Assembly (NCBI GenBank): GCA_051362555.1 | Contig: CM120647.1 | Span: 4,960,001 to 5,024,000 of the forward strand | DNA length: 64,000 nucleotides | DNA from: Lingula anatina | Taxonomy: Eukaryota > Animalia > Brachiopoda | Reading direction: 5' to 3' | Part shown: piece after piece, positions 40,503 to 52,206 of the stretch | How positions within the stretch are numbered: position 1 is the first letter of the stretch | Layout of the letters: every line of letters begins with the position of its first letter | Translations under genes and position numbers: made by a program | Notes under the pieces: model-generated | The model's input: only the letters and a program-made list of their open reading frames with translations | The model's database searches: none | What the model was told of the DNA's origin: nothing

Positions 40503-41350
40503 GTTATTATTATTTGTACCCAAGGTGGTCTAACGAACGGAAAACTGGCCTTGGAAACCGCGCAGCTCATGTTTGAAGAATTTTTCGTGAAAGAGAACGT
40601 GAAGTTAATATGGCTACTTACCGATGGAGTGTTCACCCATGGCAGTCCGCGACTGAGAGCAACGCACATTAAGAAACTAGGTTAGTGTATCTTTAGGGAT
40701 GAAGTCCACACTCAGTCTGAAAAAAGCCTTTCCTGGATCTTAGCAGGCTATGATGTGTTTCACAATCTAAGGCCTCGTCCCCATACCTACATCGATCTAG
40801 CAGGTCTGACTAATCTTCGAGTGGTTTCTCGCTAAATTGCGCTCAGCTTAAATGGCTCACATCACGGGGATGGTGTCTGTCTAAAATGTTATCAATAATA
40901 TTTTAAGATACAAATGGGCATTGTCTTGGAATATTATTTCGTTTATCGGATTGGCAATAAGCCATCTAGTTATGATAGAAGGAACTATCCCTTGTACCGT
41001 GTAAGTGTGCTTGACCGAAATGTATAATTTTTAGACCTGTGTATTATATTTGTGAGACCACAATTAATTTACCACGCGTAATACGTCCACAATCGCCCCT
41101 TTTCCATAATATTTCGATTTTCATCTGAAGTAAAAATAATGTCCTTACTTTGTTTGTAAATTAACCATCTGTTTTATTTCCAGGTTGGTTTATCTGCGTG
41201 ATTGGTATTGGTAACAATGTGAATGACGAGGAACTTAAAGCCATAGCCTCCCCAGGCTGTTATTTCAAATATAGAAGCTTCCCGGAGTACTTGCAAGTTG
41301 TAGGACTGGCTCGGTCCCAACTCCAAACCCGTGTCTATGGTGGATTTTAA
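37932..41350 (+). CDS. Secreted single-VWA-domain protein, copy 5 (245 aa, basic subfamily)
   Basis: Exons 37932-38016, 39431-39600, 39968-40127, 40525-40680, 41184-41350, in frame. DVVFALDASSSI, GGLTN, LLTDG; ends SQLQTRVYGGF*. Confidence 0.9.
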
Positions 41351-42373
41351 TGTCTTTGTGCGTAATCGTAATACCGTCTCTATACGATATCATTTATCTG
41401 CACAGCATTGTATAAGAAACCATAGGAATTGTAATCAAAATAGTCGAAAACCAACATTATTAAAGGCTTATGAAATAATGACGATACCAATAAATGCCCG
41501 TACCTTAAAACGTGTCATTTAGGTGTTACTTATCGACGTGATTGTGTTCCTTAAAACGATTTATTTCTAAACCAATGTAGGGTTTTATTATAATCATGCC
41601 CTCTTGTGTACATCATATGTTTCACAATTCATAATTATTATGCTGATAGGCAAGTGTAATTTTCATACGAAGCAAAAACAGCTAGAACGCAACGACCGAG
41701 TAGAGTATATATAATTCAACATGTGAAAATTTTGACAGAAGAACTTAACTATATCGTCTTCAAGTGACATCTGCAAATATATCAAAATGATATAACTCCC
41801 TTTGGGCGTCTTCATCAAGAACCTCCTTACTACAAACATAACTTAAACTGCACATAACGGCACGCTATTGGCATCATGGTCGAGTACATAAAAGAGTTTC
41901 AATATTACCATGCCCCATTAATTCTAGCAAAACAAAACAGATTAAAAATATTAAAAATATAAATAAAAACATTCAACCTCATTATAAAAATGTTCGTATT
42001 GCACAGCAGTGAGAGGTTAAGAAAGAGGTCAGAGGGGTCCGTTGATCAGAGAATTCGGTTTCTGAAAAATATATCACACCAATATTCCCGTCTTGAAATA
42101 AGAATTTGACTTGCTTAATCATACCAAAGGGCATAGTTTGCTCTCCAACACACCAAAATTTTTTCGGGACACAAGAGGGTGATGGTCGGCTTCGTAATCA
42201 GTTGTCCCCCACCCCTTTCAAATAATCCTGGAACCGCCCCTGCCCCCTTTTTTTTTGTGATTGTATTTATTACAAATAATAACAAAGGAGTATTTTAATT
42301 GAGTCAGTACAACGGTTTTCAGAACAAAAATTCAATTCTTACCAGGTTATAAATCAAGTCAGGCCCGTAGCCC

Positions 42374-42428
42374 GGGGGGGGGGGGGGGGGGGGGGGGGGG
42401 GAGGGGGGGGGGGGTTCGGAAGGGGGGT
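42374..42428. repeat. Poly-G tract within a CAGGCCCGTAGCC-type MITE end
   Basis: Long G run; shorter paralogous version at ~34600-34625. Confidence 0.8.
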
Positions 42429-43703
42429 CGAACTAACCGCCCTTTTCTCTGAACCAAAATGTGATCTAGATTCTATGTCATTTCTCAGGTTGGGTCAGCT
42501 TAGGGGGTTCGTTGTCTATTGAAAAGTTAACTGAAGAAGCCTGCTTGTAAAAGCAGACGTCCTGTTGAAAAAAAAAAAAAAAAAACAAAGCCTAGGTACA
42601 GCCAAAATAGAAAGAAACTTGACAGTCGCATAATCCAGGCCGCGCCCTCGGGAGGCATGATCGCGTAGCCTTGCCATCTGCCCCCTTTCTGGACAGGGGG
42701 TGGCGCAACCAATGGGGACATAACTGGAAGCGAAGCTCAGAGGATTATATAATTGGGCACGCGTGTTGATTATGGTTTGGGTCAAGCATTCATCACTTTT
42801 AATAATCAGACATAATTAGAGGTGTTTTTTTTTTTATTGTGGTAGTTGAGAGGACATCCACTGTACAATGACATTATAGCACCTTTTGGTCAAGATCAAT
42901 GATCCTATATCGCAATGCCAATAGATAAGTATCATGTACAATTCTGGATCACCAATTAAATATAACCAATTGTAAGTTAGCCCATTTCCGACCTATTTTT
43001 AAAAAAATGTTCAAAATCCTTCCAAATCGGCTTGAGTTAGACTGGTGTTGAACAAATAAACAGACGGATAGAAAGACAAACGGTGTTAAAACAAGGGTGA
43101 AATAAAGACCAAGGTCCTTGTCGAAGGTACCTTAATTCAATGGTGTTAATTCGTGTACAATATTCACACTTAAAGGGGGATAATACACGGCCACGATATT
43201 GGCATCCCACGGATGTTGCCGTCAGATGCAACTTATCTATTAAAAACTGCTTAACTTAGAAAGTTTGGGACGGCTTTTGATATTTTTCTAGAAGCGCCAG
43301 AAAGGGACCTTAATGTATCTATATCATTTCGGTGGTTATCAATATGAACTGATTTTGATTAAAATAATTTTACCGGTACCCCGCACCCCTGTGTACTTCC
43401 CATTTGTCGGCTAAAAAAAGAAAGAAAAAAGAAAATAAATAAATAAAGAGCATTTCGTTACTACATTTATTTTTAATGCCATTTGAAATAATCCAACATC
43501 AAACGCTTCACTAATCTTGCGGCTGAGGTTTTCGTCAAACTGAAAATTCTTTTTAATTTTTATTAAGATCAAATAACCGAAAAAAATTAAATAAGATCAA
43601 CATCCAGTCTATTCCATGTATAATGTCATTGAACGTGGAGCCTTTTTGTGCATATCAAACGTCCTGTGCATATCAAATGTCGACACCACAAAATATACAC
43701 AAA

Positions 43704-43955
43704 CCTATTTTCTCCGGCTTGAAACTGGCATCTGTCTTAAACAAGGCAGCGCCGTCGTATGGCCGTATCTGCAGCCTGAAGTCACCATGTCGGATAAAGT
43801 AGTTGGGGTAGTTCACTGATTCGTAGGCTGTGCACCCTCGGAAGAAAAGGTTAGGTCGAGGGATACGACGGTATGAAGGTGGCGTTCTCGCCAAATGTGC
43901 TCGCATACCTTGGGTTCTTCGAACTTTCGAGGTGCAAGAAAAAAATTATAGTACT
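43704..43955 (-). pseudogene. AbfB-domain pseudogene fragment
   Basis: YNFFL...(frameshift)...IPRPNLFFRGCTAYESVNYPNYFIRHGDFRLQIRPYDGAALFKTDASFKPEKI matches 52392-52630. The 5' half is replaced by a repeat (~43960-44175, inverted copy at ~47100-47340) and the last exon is deleted. Confidence 0.9.
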
Positions 43956-44987
43956 CATTTCTTGAGTTTGTCTTGCTACCTACGTACGTGGCACGCATTC
44001 ACCATTTATGAAGAGAATACTACGTACACGGTACGGCGAAAGAAATTTCCTTTTACTTCACACTTGCCTCACACGCTTGTATTGACGTCATTTTTGCCTC
44101 ATGTTCCCCCTTCTTTCTTTTTCCTCCTTCTTCTTTTCTGTTCTCTTAGCTTCTTTCCCTTGTGACTGAGGCTTAACATTATGAGGATGTTTATGTGGAG
44201 GGGTCAGTACAGAGTTGCACAGAGACATATGGAGATAAATGAATCAGTGCATTATGTAATCACCATTATGCAATTCTTTGAAGACCGCCCTTACTTTCGC
44301 GAACTATAGCAAGAAAAATGGGCAAACAAGGAATTGAAGGACGCTGAGGTTAAGGCGTTTTCTGAGAGCATTGGCTGGACCGGTAAGCATTTTAAAAAGC
44401 TTCATTTGTAACTATGGTTTAAAAGTGAAAATATATATTTTTTGTTATGTTTTGATCTGTCCATTAAACCCTTTGCCTTGATACTAATAAATTACATTAT
44501 GTCAACTCTAACTGTTCCTTCATTTTCTAACTACGTAAGACTGATCTGACCCATGATAATTTTTATTTGTAGAATCTTGATATATATTTACTTAAATGTA
44601 TATTCTATATCCCACAAAACATAATTGTAACCCTTGTTGATGGCAGCGGCGCCGTCTACAGGAAATAATCACAGAACGTTGTACACACACACACACACAC
44701 ACGTTAATAGACACATGACCTTTAACGAGCACACCCTAATACTAAATGTGTGTAAATTGATTAGGTGTCATTATGCTATCTCCCATACACTGTACAACTT
44801 GACACCTATTTTCATTAACGACTAATTGATAATGATGAGTTTTCTTGGCAGAGGACGGGGTTCTCTGTGTGTTTTTTTTTTTTTTTTCTTTTTTCTTTTT
44901 TTTTTTTTTTTTTTTTGTAATTGAAATAGTTGGTGTTGGTCAAGACCTCAGTGAAGCGTAAAGAAAAAAAACAAAAAACAAAAAAAA

Positions 44988-45052
<65 letters not shown>

Positions 45053-46181
45053 TAAAGGAAGGATGTATGTGCAGGGAGTGACATAAGTGCTGTGCCGTTG
45101 CATGAATTAATGGTGCTGTTGGTTACACAGGGGACTTTGGTTAAACCTTCTTATGGTTTAACTACCCATTATCACCACATGACCAGAGCAGCCCAAGAGT
45201 GGCATCATCAGCGACGTATCAACATGATGGACTGAAAAAAAAACAAACAAACAAAAAAAAAAACGTCCAAATGAAAAATGTGTTTAGACCCGGGCCAACA
45301 TAGAAGAGGATTATTACTCTTTTTTTAGGCCATGGTCAGGAGGGTGGGGTTCATTTGAGGAAAACTGGCTATCCTACAAAATATCCATACTGACATTATG
45401 TCGTAATCAATGTGAGATCTGGCCTGTAAACATGTGGTTAGTATTCAGTTGGCATATAGCCACCTTTTAAAACGTAAAATCTAACATTCCCAACCGCCAT
45501 TAAACTTAAAGCAACAAGGCGCAATGTTCTTGTCATCCTCAGTACATCCCTCAAAGCCATGTGTGTTTATTTTCTGCTGTGGCGCCGGGCGCAATAATTG
45601 TCTTATTTTAGTGCCCAGTTCTAGTTCTGTTAAAATATGTTGTCTCAAAGAACGTGTTCATGGCAGAAATTAAACATTTAACGAGCGCGTGTTGAGGCAT
45701 TACGGTCGACCATGGCTGCATTTACACTGGTATTACGACAGACATCTACTCTCTTCAATCTGTGAGTTTTCTTTAGGACTTTTGTCTCAATTTCATACAA
45801 TTCTGTATATTTTGAAACAAAGCAATTGCAGATTTTGGTTTGAGTTGTTTCGCGCTTTGCAATTCGTTATAGTACAGGCAGCCCATTGGCGTTTTAATTT
45901 TGAATTCAATGACAGTCTCAAGGAAGCGATATGTAAACGTGGCCGGTGAGTGTACATATTACACCTCAGAAATACAAAAATCACAAATTTCTTGTAGTAG
46001 GCAGCCATATCTCTTGTTCTAGACTGTCATTAAATTTATCCTTGGTGATTACATTAGCCATTGGCAATAACAACACAACCAGCGTGCCAGAGGCGCATCC
46101 GTTCTTAGCATTATATAAGGCAGCGCAGCTGCTTGTTACATTATACAGATCCAACGCTGATTGCTGACGGCCGGAACCGAT

Positions 46182-48533
46182 ATGAAGCGATTCTGTGCAC
46201 TTTTTCTGATTGCTGCTCTGTTGCTGACAAAGGGGTATGCGGGAAACTTAATTGTCCCAGCCAAAGGTAAGATTTTTGATACATGTATACTATAAACCTT
46301 CGTTGCCTAGGGCAACCGTAAAACCCTTTTACGCCGAGAGGCGATCTTTGCGCGTTCCTTCTACGACCAAGACTATTTCTAGGACCCTGAATGAACTCTG
46401 AAACAAGAAAGTTGTGTTGTCAAACGTTTCTTGTAGCTCCTTAAGCGACCCAATTTGGCCTTTCCTGTGGAACTGCGAGCTACTCGCGCGTCCATTGGGC
46501 ACTTTGCTTGCATCGACCATCTTGCAACCTGCGCCTTCCAACGCGATGATAGACTATAAACCCGACCCCTGAACGAAATGTGGGGGGTATTTGGGTTTTA
46601 CCTAAGTTCTATACAAGCCTCGGTCACAACCGGTCGTATGGGCTCTTACGGCCTGTTTGCGTCCAAATTTTGCGCAGAATCTCTCTTGCCGAGCAAGTTC
46701 TTCTTGCGAAATTTAAAGTTCGCGGACAGCCCGTAAGCACGTACGGAGGATGCTGGACATGACCAAAAGATTCTACGAATAATCTGCGAACAGCGAGGCC
46801 GCAAATTTTACCTGATTTTAATTTTACCTGAAAATGATGTTTGAATGGATTTTGCTGCTAGCATTCTATGCTGTACGTCAATGTGGCAGAAAAGTAGGTC
46901 ACGAAAGTAGGTTAAATTTTCGACCAAAAGTTTAAAGAAAGGAGCAGTCTAAAGCTCTTTTATGGCTGATCGAGTGATCTATCCAGTTTATCCCTTGGCA
47001 TGGCGAATTAACTTGAGTCGTATAAGAAACTAGTCGAAGTGGTTTACATGTGTTAATGAAAATCCAAGCTCCACCGATGCTTGGTTCGTATGTACTTTTA
47101 AGCCTCGTGTACAACATCTCAAAAATTCGAAATTTGCTTAGTTCAGCTCCTAATATGCCTCCAAAAGGCAAGGGAAAGAAGCTCAGAGAACAGAAAAGAA
47201 GGAAGGAAGAAAAAGAAAGAAGGGGGAACAGAATGCAAAAATGACGTACGCGGTCAGTACGTTAATATAAGCGTGTGAGGCAAGTGTGAAGCAAAATGAG
47301 ATTACTTTCGCCATGCGTAGTATTCTCTTCGTAATACCTTCTTTTCACTGGACCGCGTCTTTTCTGCGACCATGAAATTTGGCATCGCTGTGGTCTTAAT
47401 AAGGACGCACGAGCATTGATTTTGTATCAGAATGAATGCTCAATGATCGGCCAGTTGTCAGCACGTAAAGTATTATAATCTCACGTGGACACTGAGACTC
47501 GCAAGGCACCTTTCCATTGCAAACTTTCCTGTACCTCTGTTAACGGTTGTAAGAGACACAAAGGCCATAGCTCTTTGTACAGTGGGCCGGCGAGATTATT
47601 TTGATCCAAAGAAAATACCGACTTCCAAGTGGTCTTGGCAATTCATGTCTTTCTCATACATGTATACTCTTTTTTCTAAATAACAATAAATTGACCATAA
47701 TGTATTGTACCAGTATACCTTTTACCATCATCCTAATCAATGTGTTAAGACATTACTAAGAACACGAATTGATCTAATGTTACATGAAATTACAAGGGGC
47801 ATCAACAAAGGCAAGTCAGCTCTCTAGGATTTTAAGGATTCTCCTCACTCCATGTTCCTACACGTACACCTCCTGCAGGAATCCTAATCTGGACGTTGTG
47901 TTTGCTTTGGACGCCAGCGGCAGCATTAAGGATACAGAGTTTCAATTACAGAAAGCTGCATCAAAGGTAATGGGTTTCTTTTCGATAATTCACGTAAACT
48001 AGTAAACATGCCCTTAATTTTTCTTGTTTCCTGCAATTTACAAAACACAACGTGTTTTGCGATTTTTCCCATGTCTATGAATAGCCAATTTACATGTCAG
48101 GTGAAATATTAGTTACTGCCGCACCTATACAAACTGAAATATTAAATATTTATTGTAGACAAATTGATATATAAAAAGGGACTATAACATGTTTTGCATT
48201 TATGTAACGTTTTCGGAGGATGATCTTGACAATTCACAAATCGAAAACTATTTACCCTTGTATATACAAAATATATAATTAAACATTCTTTCAGATTACT
48301 GCCACAATCATTAATGTCGTCCATCGCATTCGCCCTGGTGGATCCCGGGTTGGTGCATTGACGTTTGCCACAAACGTGTCGAGAGAGTTCGAGCTGAATG
48401 AACACACTGACTTGGCCAGCGTTTTAGCTTACATAGATGCGATTGCTAATAAAACCGGTGGGTCTCTCTCTCCTTTACTCTCACTTCTCTCTATATAATC
48501 TCTCTCTCCTTTACTCTTACTTCTCTCTCTATA

Positions 48534-48591
<58 letters not shown>

Positions 48592-48665
48592 CGGGCGTGC
48601 GTTTAAGCTGACAATGACGCGATTAATAAAACCGGTGGTTCTCTCTCTCCCTCTTTCTTTTTCAA

Positions 48666-48698
<33 letters not shown>

Positions 48699-49623
48699 CA
48701 CACACACACAGGGAAACACAGACATACATTCTATACAAGGATACTTTATTCTTGAATTTACATTGATGCCAATGTAACTCTCAAAATAATGATTGTTGTT
48801 TAAAACGTTTAAAACATAACACTGATAAAACACACCCCACTGAAAACTTATTTTCTGTACCCAAGGTGGTCTAACGAACGGTAAACTGGCCTTGGAAACC
48901 GCACAGCTCATGTTTGAAGATTTTTTCTTGCAAGAGAACACGAAGTTAATATGGCTACTTACTGACGGGGTGTTCACTGTGGGCGATGCACGACCAAGAG
49001 CAACACACATTAAGAAACTAGGTTAGTTTATCCCTTCTCCGAGGGTTTTCTCTCTAAATTACTGATGTCAGGCACGCGTACTGAAGCTTTTAGGGGCAAA
49101 TTAACAATCTTGTGTCGATCTAGGTATGGGAATGGGGTCTAAAAAGTAGTCGAAAATTATTGTTTAAGTTACAATGGGGCATAGTCTTATCATTATTTTT
49201 TTTCCATTATTATCGGGTTGGCAATAAGCCAGCTAGTTATGAAAGAGGGAACTACCATTGAAAGTGTGCTTGGCCGAAATACATACATTTTTGACCTGGG
49301 TATTATATTCGAACATTAAATTGTTCTGATAACACCATAATTATTGATCTAACATCTGGGCCCACGTCCACAGTTCCCTCCTTTTCATAACCTTTCGATT
49401 TTCATTTGAATAAATTTAATTTTATTTAATTTTATTAACTATATGTTTATTTCCAGGTTGGTTTATCTGCGTGATTTGTATTGGTAACAATGTAAATGAC
49501 GAGAAAATTAAAGCCATAGCCTCCCCAGGCTGCTATTTCAAATATAATACCTTCCCAGAGTACCTGCAAGTCGTAGGACTGGCTCGGTCCCAACTTCAAC
49601 CCCGTTTCTATGGTGGATTTTAA
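46182..49623 (+). CDS. Secreted single-VWA-domain protein, copy 6 (246 aa, basic subfamily)
   Basis: Exons 46182-46266, 47797-47966, 48295-48457, 48866-49021, 49457-49623, in frame. Signal MKRFCALFLIAALLLTKGYA; canonical MIDAS DASGS...T...TDG; ends SQLQPRFYGGF*. Confidence 0.9.
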
Positions 49624-51679
49624 TGTCTTTGTGCGTGATCGTAATACCGTCTATATACGATGCCATTTATCTGCACTGGAAACCATGCATAAGAAACCAT
49701 AGGAATTTTACTCAAAAGAGTTGAAAACCAACATTATTAAGGTTTATGGAATAATGATGATACCAATATATATATTTAACCTTGTCATTTAGGTGTTACT
49801 TATCGACGGGATTGTGTTCCGCAATTGTTTAGCCTTAAGAAACGATTTACTTCTTCACCAATGTGTGGTTTTCCGATAATCATGTCCTCTTGTGTATATC
49901 ATATTATGTTTCAAAATTCATAATTATTATGCTGATAGGCAAGTGTTATTTTCATTCGAAAAAAAAAAGATACAACGCAACAGCCGTATATGGCTTATAT
50001 AATTTAACATTTAACAATTTTGACAGAAGAACTTAATTAGACGGTCTTGAAGTGACAACTACAAATGTATATATATCAAAATGACATTTTTAGAAGCATC
50101 AGAAATGGACTTAAATGCATCTGTTACATTTTGGTGCAAATATATATATATATCAAAATGACATGACTCCTTTTGGGCGTCTTTTTCAAGAAAACACCCT
50201 CACTATAAACATAACTACAACTGCACATAACGGCACGCTATTGGCATCATGGTCGAGCCAATAAAATAGTTACAATTTTACACCCCCCCCCCCCCATATA
50301 TGTTTCCCTGTGTTATGAGCAAACGAACAAAACACCGTGCTTAGATTTGAGAACCAGACAACTCTTGCGTTTTTAGCCTCCAAAGTATATAAAATATCAA
50401 TTTATCTAATAAATAGGCCGACACCGACGGTTTTTTTTTCTGACGTTTGCTTATATTTATTACAACAAAAGTAATAAATAACCAAAAAGTATTTTAATTC
50501 AGTCAATTCTACAGTTTTCAGAACAAATTTTCAACGATTGGGGTGGTCGAACGAAACGCCCTTTTCTCTGAACCAAAATGTGATCTAGAATCTATGTCAT
50601 TTCTCAGGTTGGGTCAGCTTAAGGGGTTCGTTGTCTATCAAAAAGCTAACTGAAGAAGACTGCTTGTAAAAGCAGTCGTCCTGTTAAAAATAAACAAAGC
50701 CTAAGTACAGCCAAAACAGAAAGAAACTTGATAGTCGCTTAATCGAGACGTAGCCCTCTGGAGGCATGATCGCGTAGCGTTGCCATCTGCCCCCTTTCTG
50801 GACAATAGAAGGGGACATAACTGGAAGCAAAGCTCAGAGGATTATATAATTGGGCACGCGTGTTGATTATAGTTTGGGTCATGCATTCATCACTTTTAAT
50901 AATCAGACATAATTAGAGGTGTTTTTTTTTTAATTGTGGTAGTTGAGAGGACATCCATTGTACAATGACCTTATAACACCTTTTGGTCAAGGTGAATGAT
51001 CCTATATTGCAATGGATAAGTATCATTTTAAAAAATCTGGATCACGACTGAATTTAATCTAACCAATTGTAAACTTGCCCATTTCCAACCTATCCTAAAA
51101 AATTGTTCAAAACCCATCCAAATCATTTTGCGTTAGACTGGTGTTGAACAAACAAACAGACAGACAGAAAGACAAACGGGGGTAAAAAATGGGTGAAATA
51201 AAGAACAAGCTCCTCGGAGTAGGTACATTAAATCCATGGTGTTAATTCGTGTACAATATTCGCACTTAAAGGGGATATATTCGCACTTAAAGGGGATACA
51301 TACAGGTACGGCCATTAAATAGAAATCGCAAGGATATTGAAGGCAAATGCAACCTTTCTGAACCGCTTGATTTAGAAAGTTTTGGACGGTTTTTGACATT
51401 TTTAGAAGCATCAGAAATGGACTTAAATGCATCTGTTACATTTTGATGGTTGATTTTGATTGCTTTCAAAAAATGAAAAGTGAGCTGCCTTGAATTGGCA
51501 AAGGTCTGTGCTCTCTTCTTTATTTTAAAATGTGTTTTTAGAACTGAATTTAGAAGTAGTTACTATTGTCATACATTAGTTCTTCACCTAGCCACGGTCA
51601 ACATGAACTCGAATATGACAAAACGCGGTATGTCAAGTCATAAATTTAGTGCGCGGTGGCAGTGGTAATGGAGAAAGAG

Positions 51680-51735
<56 letters not shown>

Positions 51736-51811
51736 AACGCCCAACATATCAGACAGATTGCAATTCAAACTCAGTGGAAAATCGTATACGACCTCCGCTT
51801 TAACCCCCTCA

Positions 51812-51842
<31 letters not shown>

Positions 51843-52206
51843 ACACACACCTGTGTACTTCCCATGTGTCTGCTAAAAAATAAAATGAAATAAAAATAAA
51901 ATGAAATAAAATAAAATAATAAAATTAAAAAAAAGCATTTCGTCTCTGCATTTATTATCAGGTTCATTTGAAATGATCCAAAGATCGAGCGCTTCACTTA
52001 TCTTGCGCCTGAGGCTTTTGTCAAACCGATATATATATATTTTTTTTCTTCTTTTTTTAAAAGATCAAACTACCGAAAAAAATTAATTTTAAATAAAATC
52101 TACAGGTGAACATCTAGTCTATTCCACGCATAAGGCCATTGAACGTGGAGCCTTTTTTTTTTTTTGCATATCAAACGTCCCCGGCCTAGGCGTGAGTGAC
52201 AGGAGA

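Noticed and set aside
4261-49623. One multi-VWA gene (collagen VI/matrilin-like)
   Set aside because: Each unit has its own TATA box, signal exon and stop codon; no collagen, EGF or coiled-coil exons were seen.
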